Shown: positions 42,801-52,887 of the stretch, piece after piece
Numbering within the stretch: the stretch's first letter is position 1
How the letters are laid out: the number at the start of each line of letters is the position of its first letter
Assembly: GCA_963815195.1 (NCBI GenBank)
Contig: CAWFGE010000012.1
Span: 544,001-608,000, forward strand
DNA: 64,000 nt
Origin: an uncultured Planctomycetaceae bacterium
GTDB taxonomy: Bacteria; Planctomycetota; Planctomycetia; Planctomycetales; Planctomycetaceae
Direction: 5' to 3'
Position numbers and translations under genes: made by a program
Notes under the pieces: model-generated
The model's input: only the letters and a program-made list of their open reading frames with translations
The model's database searches: none
Told to the model about the DNA's origin: nothing

Positions 42801-44008
42801 CAGAACCGGTGATGCGTCAGATTGTGAGTCAAATCGTCGCAGAGAATACGATTTTCGGCGTGCTGCATCAGCCGGGCCGCGAGATTGACCGTGTCGCCGA
42901 TCATCGTGTACTCCCGGCGCTGGCCGCTGCCCACGGAACCGCAAAAACAGTCGCCCGTGGTGATGCCGATTTGCGGGGCGTGGGTCTCGTCCGTCAACGC
43001 GTCTTTCAGATCCCGCGCGGCGAGCACGGCGCGCACGGCGTCGTCTTCGTGCGTCAAGGGCGGCAAACCGAAGGCGACCACCGCCGTGACGCCTTTGTCG
43101 TCCATGCTGAGCTTGTTCAGACTCCCCTGGTACTGCGTGACGGTGCGTTCGAGGACTTCCACGACGGACTGCGCGGTCGCCAAGGGGATTTGCGATTTGA
43201 GCCAGGACAAATTCACGAACATCACCGTAATCCGGCGCAGCTCGGCCATCCAATCGTGTTGGCCCGCGGAGATCCGCCCAAACACGACCGCGGGAAGCGC
43301 TCCACAGAGGCCGGCTTCCATTTCGGGCTTCAATTGAACCGGTGGCCGCGGCGAGATGGAGACGGGCTTGCCGACGCGCCCGAGAATCACGCAGCCGCCT
43401 TGGACCGTTTGGCCTTCGCAATGACTTTCCAGCGATTTCCACGCCTGGGGGCTGACGACGACTTTGCCCACTTCGGCCGCCTTGCCTGCGGATTGCAATT
43501 CGATGATCGGGTCGCCCGCGAGCAGCAATTCCCACCGCCCCTCCACGCCGCCCAATTCCAGGATGCGAAAGTCGCCCGCGGCGAGGCTGATTCTGAGCTT
43601 CAGCGGCTTATTGCCGGCCTGGTAGTTTGCGAGCTGCTTTTGAATCGTCAAGGCGCACTGGGCGGCTTGGAGCGTCGCGGTTTCCGGCGTTTTCCCGGAG
43701 TCGCCCGCGATCCAAACGGCGAGGAGCGCGTCCCCCGCGAACTTGACCACGTCCCCGCCGTGATGATGAACCAGCCGGATCAAGTGGCCGAAATAATCGT
43801 TGAGCAGCCCGGTCAGTTCCTCGGCCCCGGCGGGATTGTCTTGCGCAAGCTGATCGGCCAACCGCGAGAAGCCCGCAATGTCGGCAAACAACACCGCTCC
43901 CGTGAGATGCTCTTCGCGCGGCTGCGAAAGCGGCGCGGGATCCTTCTCCAACCGCTCGATCACCAAGCGCGGAACATAGCTGGCCAACGTGTCGAGCGGA
44001 ACCGTCAT
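39890..44008 (-). CDS. Class III nucleotide cyclase (two cyclase domains) + AAA ATPase + TPR-like protein
   Basis: LFADIAGFS, KFAGDA, DDKG, YTMIGDTVNLAARLM, Walker A GDAGIGKS, helical C-terminus. Confidence 0.92.
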   Translation of the reverse strand: MTVPLDTLASYVPRLVIERLEKDPAPLSQPREEHLTGAVLFADIAGFSRLADQLAQDNPAGAEELTGLLNDYFGHLIRLVHHHGGDVVKFAGDALLAVWIAGDSGKTPETATLQAAQCALTIQKQLANYQAGNKPLKLRISLAAGDFRILELGGVEGRWELLLAGDPIIELQSAGKAAEVGKVVVSPQAWKSLESHCEGQTVQGGCVILGRVGKPVSISPRPPVQLKPEMEAGLCGALPAVVFGRISAGQHDWMAELRRITVMFVNLSWLKSQIPLATAQSVVEVLERTVTQYQGSLNKLSMDDKGVTAVVAFGLPPLTHEDDAVRAVLAARDLKDALTDETHAPQIGITTGDCFCGSVGSGQRREYTMIGDTVNLAARLMQHAENRILCDDLTHNLTHHRFWFVVHKSIQVKGKAGKQVAIFEPIKQRQTSQASHSATFGHDQQREMIQKILDDCRGRNSACVLLIEGDAGIGKSRLVQHLTDAARSRGFSVLAGRGDSIEESSPYHVWRPVMAGLLEELGLEAAAPAAPRDRLLAWLESEDQLITLAPLLNSILPLDLPENPTTRDMVGQVRADNLQKLIVRLLRKKSSENPLLIVLDDGQWFDSASWAIARQVARQVPSLMLAVATRPLDDPVPADYSALKELDQTIAILLTPLSAQEVRQLICERLGVADVPAEVADWIYNRAEGNPLYSEELVFVLRDSKKVRVEEDQAVLACPPSELAALDFPNALHGVIRSRFDRLRPPELLTMKTASVIGRSFEFPVLYHAYPVPDDRDELPIHIDTVCQRDLILRTAQTPELSYAFKHIIIQEVAYHLMLFQQRRELHRAIAEWYEASAERRPAATFALLAHHWNQAGVENKARLYQEQAGDHALKNGAYQEATEFFQSVLHRLEPGAPADFGPAERLHRASLHRRFAASLMGLGRLEDSRDECVAALQWIGEPAPVRPASCAGRLLQQSARQVWHRLRKGQVRKPSKEEALLETVHVWEQLAEIHYLGNDTLRFLYACLRMLNLAEQAGPTPELARAFANMGLTAAAIPCRTLAASYMRQARATVDQVEHLPSSAWVSLTTGIYHVGVGNWVVARDNLTRAMDLYKQLGDYRKYATTSTVLGGSYYFAGNFREGFRIWSEHHERSLRRDDVLHQAWGHGGSALNQLRLGDFAETIAHAEAALAMFKVNTDRISEIMVQGVLAVARLREHDLLAALSEADAVFERIRRLGRPTSYVLLEGYSAVVEIYLARWESETREPSDKKNRAAVRSALKAMKTYAHVFPIGKPRFHLWQGERARLEGQREKAIGRWKESLAAAEGLNMLYEQGLAHWRLAQHVSDPHSQHAHREAAERRFTACEAAYDLKLVQDSQPTADISPVGESAV

Positions 44009-44200
44009 CGCATAGAGCTCGCGGCGGGATTCTCCGAGACCGGGAATCACAAAAGGGCTGCCGGCGCATTTCCCGGCAAGCCGAAATGGAAGAAATGTTT
44101 GGCCCTCCAAATTTCTTGTAGTTCTCCCTTCTGGGAAAGTCAAGAATTGCCGTCGATGCGTTGGCTCGCGTGCGTGTCTCGTCGAAAAAAGTGTGAACCT

Positions 44201-44290
44201 GGGTGGCACGCCCTGAGGAACGAAGGGCGTGGTCCTAAGGATCGCCCCGCTCTTCGCTCCTCAAGGACGTGCCACCCGTGCCACCCAATC
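44201..44290. repeat. REP-like palindromic element (copy of 23161-23260)
   Basis: gggtggcacgccctgaggaacgaagggcgtggtc...cgtgccacccaatc. Confidence 0.72.
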
Positions 44291-44457
44291 CACTGAAAAA
44301 TAGCGCGAAAGATTTTCCGCCTTTTTTGTGAGACACACGCTCCGTTCTCCGTTGACGGCCGGGTTGTTTCCAGTTTCCGCCGGGAACTTTTATAGTGGGA
44401 TTCCTTGGAACGACCGATGTCTGTTGAACCGTGCATCCAACGACCGGAGGATTTGAA

Positions 44458-46284
44458 ATGGGCCAGCGCTTGTGTGGATTGATCATCGGGGCGGGTGCGT
44501 GGATTTCTGTTTTAGGAAATCCGGTTTGGGCGGGGGAGGCGACCATTCGGATCGACACGCCTCTGCCGCCGCCGGCGTGGGCCGTGCTCGAGCGCGAGTT
44601 GCTGCGGGCCAACACGCGGGCGTGCCGGGAGTTCTTTGAAAAGTACTTCGACGAGCGGGGCTATCTGCGGTGCGTCGAGCGGTGGGGCGGGGACGACGGG
44701 CCCGACGATGCCATCGAAAACTGTGCCGACTGGCCGATCCTCCACGCCCTCGGTGCGCCGGACAGCGTTCTGGAAATGTACAAGAAAGCCTGGGAAGGGC
44801 ACCTTCGGCAATACACCGAGGCCAAGACGGTGGAGGTCCCCTTCGCCCGTGATGGGATGTACTACAAAGAGTTCCCCTGCATGATGGATTGGATGCACAA
44901 CGGCGAGGGCTTGAGGGTGTTCAATCTGCAAGGGCTCTCGGATCCCAATGACCGAAGCTTCGCCCGGCGGGTGCGTCGGTTTGCGGGGTTCTATATGAAC
45001 GAGGATCACGGAGCGCCCAATTACGATCCAAAGCACAAGATCATCCGCAGCCTGTTCAACGGCAGCCGGGGACCGCTATTGCGAAAAGCCACCGGACTCG
45101 ATTGGGCGGGCGATCCCATCGAGATCGAAAACCGCTTCCAACTCGGCCACGGCGAGCGGAATTACGAGGAAATGCTCGCCCACTTCAAAGACTATAACGA
45201 CATCTTAGGCGACCATCCGCAAAACCTCTCCGCCACCACGCTCGCCGCGAATGCGTTCCTGCTCACCGGCGAAGCGAAATACAAAACATGGCTGCTCGAA
45301 TACGTGGATGCCTGGCTCGAGCGGACCCAGGCCAACGGCGGCATCATTCCCAGCAACATCGGCTTGGATGGAACGATCGGCGGAGCCACCGGCGGGAAAT
45401 GGTACGGCGGCGTTTACGGATGGGGCTTTTCGGTCAAAGTCCCGCAAACCGGTGCCATCGCCCACCGCAGCCGGGTCGATCGCGGTTTGATCGGCTTTGG
45501 GAATGCCTACCTCCTCACCGGCGATCGGCGGTACATCGATGCGTGGACCCGCATGATCGATCAGATCAGCTCCCATCAAAAGACGATCGATGGAAAGACG
45601 ATGTATCCCCACATGTTCGGGGATCAAGGCTGGTATGCTTATGCCCCGGCCCCTTGGTCCGCGGGGGCTTTGGAATGTTATTTTTGGACCTGCGATCCGA
45701 AAGACAAATCCCGTGTCAAAGACAACGCCTGGCTGAAGTTTCTGGATGGGGACGATCCCGATTATCCCGTCCGCGCCTTGCAGCGGGATTTCGAAACGAT
45801 CCGAAAGAAAGTCGCCGGGATGCGGAACGATCCCACCACGCCGGACACGCGGTTGGCGGATGATCCTATGGAATACAACCCCGCCACCGTCGAGTCGCTT
45901 CGCCAACTGATGCTGGCGGGACTCGATCCGGGACGCGGGGGCGGCCCGTTTCATTGCCGATTGCGATATTTCGATCCGTTCCATCGCCGGGCCGGTCTTC
46001 CCGACGATGTGGCCGCCCTCGTGGACCGAATGACCGGCACAGAGGTCGCGGTGACGCTTGTCAACTTGAACCAGTCAGAACCGCGGACACTCGTCGTGCA
46101 AATGGGAGCCTACGCCGAGCACACATGTCAAAGCGTGGAGTGGGACGGGAAGAGAGTTGAGGTCGAAAACTCGAGATTCCGCGTGCAGTTGCAGCCGGGC
46201 TCAGGCGGCCGGTTGGTGATCGAAAACCGGCGCTACGCCAACGTGCCCACCCTGAAATTCCCCTGGGATCGCACTTCCGAATGA
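44458..46284 (+). CDS. Secreted hypothetical protein
   Basis: Long ORF with signal peptide and GGAGG RBS; family not recognised. Confidence 0.8.
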   Translation: MGQRLCGLIIGAGAWISVLGNPVWAGEATIRIDTPLPPPAWAVLERELLRANTRACREFFEKYFDERGYLRCVERWGGDDGPDDAIENCADWPILHALGAPDSVLEMYKKAWEGHLRQYTEAKTVEVPFARDGMYYKEFPCMMDWMHNGEGLRVFNLQGLSDPNDRSFARRVRRFAGFYMNEDHGAPNYDPKHKIIRSLFNGSRGPLLRKATGLDWAGDPIEIENRFQLGHGERNYEEMLAHFKDYNDILGDHPQNLSATTLAANAFLLTGEAKYKTWLLEYVDAWLERTQANGGIIPSNIGLDGTIGGATGGKWYGGVYGWGFSVKVPQTGAIAHRSRVDRGLIGFGNAYLLTGDRRYIDAWTRMIDQISSHQKTIDGKTMYPHMFGDQGWYAYAPAPWSAGALECYFWTCDPKDKSRVKDNAWLKFLDGDDPDYPVRALQRDFETIRKKVAGMRNDPTTPDTRLADDPMEYNPATVESLRQLMLAGLDPGRGGGPFHCRLRYFDPFHRRAGLPDDVAALVDRMTGTEVAVTLVNLNQSEPRTLVVQMGAYAEHTCQSVEWDGKRVEVENSRFRVQLQPGSGGRLVIENRRYANVPTLKFPWDRTSE

Positions 46285-46348
46285 ATCGATCTCGCGGCTC
46301 GAAGCCGCCGCTACGAAAAACGAGGCGTCCGGCCCTCGATGGCTGTTC

Positions 46349-46711
46349 TCACGATTCGCCCTTCAGCCGGATCGGCAGGTCGTTGATTTTGGCGGCCATC
46401 ACGAAGTCGTTTTCCGAAAGGCCGCCGATCGCGTGGGTCGTCAATTCGACCGAAAGATGCCGGTAGCCCGTCAGATGCAGATCGGGATGATGGCCTTCGT
46501 CCTCGGCCAGTTGCGCAACGCGCTGGATAAAGTCCACGCCGGCCATAAAGTCTTTCACGACCCATTCCCGGCAGATTCGCTTGCCGTCGCCGTCCAATTC
46601 CCAACCGGGCAATTCCTTGAGCCAGCGGGAGGCATCTTCCAGGCCCACTTCGGGAACGCCGCCTTCGCAGGGCACGCATTTTTTGGATTTGAGTTCTTGC
46701 ACATCGACCAT
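46349..46711 (-). CDS. Pterin-4-alpha-carbinolamine dehydratase
   Basis: AEDEGHHPD, TTHAIGGLSENDF motifs. Confidence 0.93.
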   Translation of the reverse strand: MVDVQELKSKKCVPCEGGVPEVGLEDASRWLKELPGWELDGDGKRICREWVVKDFMAGVDFIQRVAQLAEDEGHHPDLHLTGYRHLSVELTTHAIGGLSENDFVMAAKINDLPIRLKGES

Positions 46712-46794
46712 GGTTAAACCTCCGCGGAAGTGCTATTGAATCCCCGTGAGCCGAGTCCACGGGCCTAACGGTTTTTTTGACCTTCACGATCAGT

Positions 46795-47985
46795 TTACGC
46801 GTTCATGCCCGGCATTGCGATCGCCGAGGTTGGGCCGCGGAGAATCGCGGCGGCGGGGGACCGGTCGGGAAGATTTCCCGGGGGAACGGCGACGACGTTT
46901 GCTCCCGTGCGGAGGGCAAACACGGCCGCCAGATTCAGCAGATCGACCGAGCGGGCCGACTCCCGCCCCATCCGAATCTGGCCGGTCTCCGTGTTGAAGG
47001 TCCCCGCCAGCCGAGCCCCGTCCGCGAGCAGCAAGGTCTCCACCATCCCGTCCCGGCAAGCGGGCACGATCATCGCCAAGGCGTTGGTTGCCCGATCGAG
47101 GGTCTTCGCTCCGTGATATTCCTCCCACAGGCGGTCGATTTCCCGTTTGTGGTACGCTTCCACAAGCGGCCAGGCCTGTTGATGCAGTTGGCGTCCCGAC
47201 AATTTGTCCGGATTGCCGGCGATGTGCTCGGGAATCAGGCCCACGGATCCATACACCTTCTGAAAGATCGGAAACAATTCGTCCACGCCCGCAAACACCA
47301 GCGACTCCGGCTGGTTATACAACATCGACTCCAAAGGCTCCGCGACTTTTCGAAGATAAGCGGTCAGATCGATGGATTTGGCATCCTCTTGATGCCCGTG
47401 AAACAGCGCGGCATCGGCCTGGCCTCTCCGCTGGCCGTGGAAGCTCAATTCCCGTTCCCGCCACCAGCCCAAGGCCGATTCCAAATCTTTCGGCAGGTCG
47501 GACGACTCGACCTCCTCCAGTTGGAATTGATTTCCCCGAAACACCCGGCACGACTTCTGGCTGACCGCCAACAGATAAAACGATTGGCCCGGCCGCAACA
47601 GCGAGACGATCGGCGTGACCAGGAAATGTTCCCCGACTTCGATCGTTTGATCGAACGGGGCCGGCAGGCGGAACGTGTGATGGGACCCGTCCCCAAGGAA
47701 CAGGGCCAGCCCCTCGCTTTGGTGGGTCCAGAAAAACTCGTCCCCCACCAGGTCCCGGGCCGGCTGGAGCCGATGCGCCACCTCGGGCCGGCGGAGTCCG
47801 TTCCGTTTGAGCAACGACTCCTCCGCCTCGTCGAGCATGTTTCTCAAGCGAACCGGATCCTGGCGGGATTCCGGCGCGGAGGGATGCGTCGGCAAGTAAA
47901 ACGAAACGCAAACGTCCTCTTTGATCTCCGCGAGTTCCCGCAGGTCCGCCTCGGCGATCATATCGTGCGATTGAACAGTCTTCAT
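46795..47985 (-). CDS. Bacterial archaeo-eukaryotic release factor (baeRF3/7)-like protein
   Basis: CVSFYLPTH N-terminus, GLALF, IAGNPD, GMVETLLL and TGANVVAV features typical of baeRF proteins. Confidence 0.75.
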   Translation of the reverse strand: MKTVQSHDMIAEADLRELAEIKEDVCVSFYLPTHPSAPESRQDPVRLRNMLDEAEESLLKRNGLRRPEVAHRLQPARDLVGDEFFWTHQSEGLALFLGDGSHHTFRLPAPFDQTIEVGEHFLVTPIVSLLRPGQSFYLLAVSQKSCRVFRGNQFQLEEVESSDLPKDLESALGWWRERELSFHGQRRGQADAALFHGHQEDAKSIDLTAYLRKVAEPLESMLYNQPESLVFAGVDELFPIFQKVYGSVGLIPEHIAGNPDKLSGRQLHQQAWPLVEAYHKREIDRLWEEYHGAKTLDRATNALAMIVPACRDGMVETLLLADGARLAGTFNTETGQIRMGRESARSVDLLNLAAVFALRTGANVVAVPPGNLPDRSPAAAILRGPTSAIAMPGMNA

Positions 47986-48195
47986 TGGTGAAAGCCTCCT
48001 GATCTCGGCGATTGGAATGCGGATTGCATTTGAGAGACCGTGCAGAGGGAAATACTTGGGCAAATCATGTTCCGCTCGTTGGGAGTTCTCCGGGAATCTT
48101 CTCAGGCTCCCATGGTTCCCTCGGAATGTCGGATGATCGGGCAATCCGCCCGCTCAAGCCGCAATTGTTGTCCGCATCTTCCTATCGGGGAGCAA

Positions 48196-48681
48196 ATGAT
48201 GTCCGTCGAACAAGAAAAGCGTCGGTTTTGGAAATCCCATCAAGCGCAGCTCCACGGAGCGCTCGACCGATTTGAAGAATGCGCGGAAACGCCGTTCGTT
48301 CCCGGGGAATTGGAGAGCTGGCTCCAAGCGACCGAGGAGGCGCTTTATATTTTGATCCCGTTGCTGAAGGAACAGGCCGACTCGATTCATGCCGGCGAAT
48401 TTGAGGAGATTGCCGAAGCAAATCCGGGGCTTCTCTCGCGCGTGGAGGAAATGCGGGCCGAAGACCGGGCGATTAGGGAGCAGAAAGACAAAATCGTGGA
48501 TTGGTTATACGGTCTTGGGGCCCGGTTGAAACACGGGGCCAGCGAGACCGACCTCAAAAGCGACCTCGATCTGTTTGTCTCGGCCGCGCTGGAACTCGTG
48601 ATGCGGATCCACAAACAGGAGGTCGTCGTGCGGACCTGGCTGGTCGAGGCGTTCGATCGGGACCGCGGGACGGTCGATTAA
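48196..48681 (+). CDS. Hypothetical helical protein (hemerythrin-like)
   Basis: Acidic helical ORF with spaced His residues; GGAG RBS. Confidence 0.65.
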   Translation: MMSVEQEKRRFWKSHQAQLHGALDRFEECAETPFVPGELESWLQATEEALYILIPLLKEQADSIHAGEFEEIAEANPGLLSRVEEMRAEDRAIREQKDKIVDWLYGLGARLKHGASETDLKSDLDLFVSAALELVMRIHKQEVVVRTWLVEAFDRDRGTVD

Positions 48682-48724
48682 AACCCGGCTTGCGGTTGCG
48701 ACTCCTTCAGGGATTTCATCCGGC

Positions 48725-50223
48725 CTAGTCCTTGGCTTTCTGGGCGTCCGCGAGCCGGACTTCCTGTTCGAGCTCGATTCCGAAGGCATGAATGCGGTCC
48801 GCGACCTTGCCGCGCCCGATGCCGAGAATTTCCGCGGCTTGCGATTGGTTGCCGTGCGTTTCCCGCAGGACGCGGGTCAACAGGTAGCGTTCCATGCGTT
48901 CCACGACGGCGGCATACAAATCGTGCGCCCCTCTTTCAAAGCTTGTTCGACGAAGGGGGACAGATCGGCGGTGGGCAGATCGGGACCCTCCGCCAGGCCT
49001 CCGTTTTGCGACCCATCGCCGCGAGACGTCGCCGACGCCGCTTGGGAGGCCTTGCGGATTTCGTCCGGCAGGCAATCGGGCACGATGACCGGTCCCGTCA
49101 CGCTCAACAGGGCTTTGCGAATGACGCTCTGCAGCTCGCGGACGTTCCCCGGCCACGTGTAGTTCAATAAAAGCTCCACGGCGTCGGGCGAAATGCCTTC
49201 GACAAACTGCCGGTTCAGATCGTGCCCCAGCCGGCCCAGAAAATACTCGAGCAGATGAATCACGTCGCTGCCCCGTTCGCGGAGCGGCGGAAGCTGGATC
49301 GTAAACCCATTGAGGCGATAGAACAAATCTTCGCGGTACGCTCCCTTGGAGACCATGTTTTCCAGATCGCGATTGGTCGCCGCCAGGATTCGCACGTTGG
49401 TGCGGATCGTCTCGTTGCCTCCCACGCGCTCGAACTCCTGCTGCTGCAAGAGCCGGAGCACTTTGCCCTGCGTGGGGGGCGACATGTCGCCGATCTCGTC
49501 GAGAAAGATGGTCCCGTTGTGGCATTGCTCGAACTTGCCGATCCGCCGGCGGTCGGCTCCGGTGAAGGCGCCTTTCTCGTGGCCGAAGAGTTCGCTTTCG
49601 AGCAGCGTATCCGGGAGGGCCGCGCAGTTGACCGCCAGAAACGGGCCGTCTTTGCGCGGGCTGTGGTGATAGATCGCGCGGGCGACCAGTTCCTTTCCGG
49701 TGCCGCTTTCTCCGCGGATCAACACGGTCACATTTTGCGTGGCGACCCGGCCCACGGCTTTGTAGACATCCAACATCCGCGGGCTGCGTCCCACGAGCCG
49801 ATCCGCGGGGGACACCTCGCGCTCCAGGGGAATCTCGACGGGCGTTTGCATCATCACCCGCGTCGCAATCGCCCGGTCCACCAGGGCCGACAGATTCTTC
49901 AGATCCAAAGGCTTGATGAGATAGTCGTACGCCCCCAGCATCATGGCGTCGATGGCCGTGTCGCTTTCGGTATCGGCCGTGATGAAGATCACCGGCAGCC
50001 GGGAATCGAAGGCGGAAATCTGTCGAAAGACATCCAGTCCCGAATCGTGCGGCAGGACAATATCCAAAAGCACCACGTCCGGCGGATGCCGCCGCATCGC
50101 GGCCAGGCCTTCCTCCGCCGAACTCGCTTCGATCACCTCAATGGGAGGCGTGCGGTCCTCGAACGCCCCCCGCACGATGCGGCGAATACTGCGGTCATCG
50201 TCAATGACAAGCAATCTGGCCAT
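48725..50223 (-). CDS. Sigma-54-dependent response regulator (NtrC-like), frameshift near 48925
   Basis: Receiver domain, GESGTGKE, GAFTGA; Fis HTH (GNQSQAAEILGI) lies in another frame. Confidence 0.9.
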
Positions 50224-50411
50224 AAACACAAACTCTCAATGCAAACGACATCCGATAAGAACGCGTTTGAGAATATATTCCTCCGCAAACGTGAGCGGTA
50301 CGCCGCTAGCCGCCGGCGTTGATTTTGTGAGCATCCTTTCATCGAAGCCGGAGGCTAGCGCCTACCGCTCACGTTTTCAAGTTCGCGTCGATTATAGCCG
50401 ATTTCGCCGGG

Positions 50412-51530
50412 TCATGCTGCGTGGGCCACGTCTTTCGCGGGAGGTTTTGCGTGCTTCCCTTGTGTTGCCGAGCGGATCATCACGTATTCCCCGACGTTTT
50501 CCATCGTAAGAACCCCTACAAGCTCGCCGTCGCCGAACACGGGCAGGGATTGCAGCCCCAAATGCCGCATCAATTCCAGCGCGTTCCGCAAGAGTTCGTT
50601 TTCGTCCGGGATGGTCTCGACGGGAGTGATGACCGAGTCGATTGGCGACTCGGCCCCGTCCCGGCGGATCGCTTCGACCAGGTCCTGCCGCCGCAAGATT
50701 CCGCGAAAACCCGACTCGTCCACCACCGGGAAATCGTGCTGCGCTCCGGCGAGCAATTCATCGACGGCTTTTTGCAGCGTATCGCCGGGAGCGAGCGTGC
50801 GAAAGCGGGTCATCATGGCGGATCGTACCGGCGCATCGCCCAGGACGTCGCGGAGTTCGACGGTCTGGCTCTCGGCTTCGGCCCCGATATACACGAACAA
50901 CGCGATAAACAGCAGCCAGAAATCATAAAACAGCCCCGCAATGCCGAAGAGAATCGCCATGAATTGCCCGATGCCCGCGGCGATCTGAGTGGCGCGGACA
51001 TAGGGCATCCGCGTGGCCAGGAGTGCCCGCAGGATCCGGCCGCCGTCCATCGGAAACGCCGGCAGCACGTTGAAGGCGACGAGCAGCACGTTCACCCACA
51101 TCAAATTCACCAGGAACGACTTGGTGAAGGAGAATTCGTTCCCGAATGCCCCCAAGCCCCGCTCGGCATAGACGAATAGAAACAGACCCAGCGCAATCAC
51201 CACATTCACCGCCGGCCCCGCCACCGCGATCCAAAACTCCTGCCAGGGTTGCGACGGGATCCGCTGCATGCGGGCCATTCCGCCGATGGGCAGGAGGGTG
51301 ATGTCTTCGGTTTCGACGCCGTACCGTCGGGCGGTGAGGGCGTGTCCCGTTTCGTGCAGAATGATGCACGCAAAAATCGCCAGCACAAAGACGACGCCCT
51401 CCACGGCCGCTTTAAGACCCCCGCCGGCCATCGAATAGCTCACCGCAACCCACGCCAGGAGCAGCAGAAACGTCCAGTGCATCCGAATGCGAATACCGGC
51501 GATGCGTCCGACGGTCCAAGACCATTTCAT
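50412..51530 (-). CDS. Site-2 protease (M50) with CBS domains
   Basis: HETGH, AGPAVN, FNVLPAFPMDGGR motifs, C-terminal CBS pair. Confidence 0.93.
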   Translation of the reverse strand: MKWSWTVGRIAGIRIRMHWTFLLLLAWVAVSYSMAGGGLKAAVEGVVFVLAIFACIILHETGHALTARRYGVETEDITLLPIGGMARMQRIPSQPWQEFWIAVAGPAVNVVIALGLFLFVYAERGLGAFGNEFSFTKSFLVNLMWVNVLLVAFNVLPAFPMDGGRILRALLATRMPYVRATQIAAGIGQFMAILFGIAGLFYDFWLLFIALFVYIGAEAESQTVELRDVLGDAPVRSAMMTRFRTLAPGDTLQKAVDELLAGAQHDFPVVDESGFRGILRRQDLVEAIRRDGAESPIDSVITPVETIPDENELLRNALELMRHLGLQSLPVFGDGELVGVLTMENVGEYVMIRSATQGKHAKPPAKDVAHAA

Positions 51531-51883
51531 GGGGTTCTCCTTTGGGTTGGGGATGCCGACTTGTTCAGGAAGGAAAGCAGCACGTTCCATGCCCGGGCAT
51601 TATCCGCAGTGCTCCCCGTGGTCATTGTACGATCGTCGCGCAATCTGGTGGGCCGGGAATCACCCATTTTAGACCAAAATGCCATTCCTGCGTTGTCAAC
51701 CAGGAAAGGTTCTTCGGACCGGACAGTCGGCACATAAGTTGCGTGAAGGCCGAACAAGCATTCGTTCTTTCAATCTTTGTTTGACGTGTGACGCGGGGTT
51801 TCACAGGGGCAACCGAGGATTGTGGAAGCTTCAGGGGAGCCGGTTCCCCCCGCCCGATTGACTGAAAATACTTTCCCAAGGAG

Positions 51884-52588
51884 ATGAAAGAAATGGCAAT
51901 CACCACAAGCACCGAGAAAGCCACGGTTATGATCGTGGACGACCAGCCCATCGTGCGGCAGGGGTTTGCGATGCTGCTGGACATCCAGCCGGATCTCGAA
52001 ATGTGCAGCGAAGCGTCGGACCTGACCGAGGCCCTCCGGTGTTATCGGGAATTCCGGCCCGACCTCGTCGTGATCGACGTCTCCTTGAAAGAAGGAAACG
52101 GTTTGGAACTCACGAAAGACCTGGTGGCGATGGACCCCGGCTGCAAAATCCTGATGTGTTCCATCCACGACGAGACGCTTTACGCCGAGCGGGCGCTCAG
52201 GGCCGGCGCGAAAGGCTACGTCAGCAAAGACGCCGAGTCGCAAGTGCTGCTCGCGGCGATGCGGCGCGTCCTCGACGGGCAACTCTACCTGAGCAAGCGG
52301 ATGACCGACCGCATGCTGGTCCGGGTCGTCGGCGGGAACAAAGACGAATGGAAGATTTCTCCGATGGAATCGCTCTCGGACCGGGAACTGGAAGTCTTCG
52401 AGGAAATCGGGCACGGCTTCACCACCCGCCAGATCGCCCACAAGCTCAGCTTGTCTCCCAAGACGATCGAAACCTATCGCGAGAACCTCAAGCAGAAGCT
52501 CAACTTGCGAAACGCGACCGAACTCACGCAGCATGCCGTCAAATGGATGCTGGAAAACACCGAACGCGCGGGCGTGCAGTCCGCTTGA
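51884..52588 (+). CDS. NarL/LuxR family response regulator
   Basis: Receiver domain plus LSDRELEVF...LSPKTIETYRENLKQKL HTH. Confidence 0.94.
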   Translation: MKEMAITTSTEKATVMIVDDQPIVRQGFAMLLDIQPDLEMCSEASDLTEALRCYREFRPDLVVIDVSLKEGNGLELTKDLVAMDPGCKILMCSIHDETLYAERALRAGAKGYVSKDAESQVLLAAMRRVLDGQLYLSKRMTDRMLVRVVGGNKDEWKISPMESLSDRELEVFEEIGHGFTTRQIAHKLSLSPKTIETYRENLKQKLNLRNATELTQHAVKWMLENTERAGVQSA

Positions 52589-52639
52589 ACGATTGACAGA
52601 CAGAGATTGTCCGCGGAATGGGAAATGGGAGTCCAACCA

Positions 52640-52866
52640 TGGGAATGAGAACGCTCGTTGCAACCGCTTGTTTTTCGCTGGATGTGGCCTCGTGGATCGG
52701 CCACCATGTCTTGGGAGGCGTATTCGCCCTGATCGCCAGCCTGGTCTCCTTATGTTATGTGGGACTCACGCATCCGGGCGTGCATTCGCTGGCCGACCGC
52801 TGGACCGGCTTCAGCTTGCCGGACGCGATGGAGTCCGAGCCGGAGGCGAACGAGGCCAACGCGTGA
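52640..52866 (+). CDS. Small hypothetical membrane protein
   Basis: Short ORF with one hydrophobic segment between the regulator and the aconitase. Confidence 0.4.
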
Positions 52867-52887
52867 CGAAAGGGAGCACGACCGACG

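Noticed and set aside
39890..44008. Cyclase-AAA-TPR protein as an anti-phage STAND system
   Set aside because: This is a known widespread architecture, and there are no neighbouring effector or defence genes in the window to support the claim.
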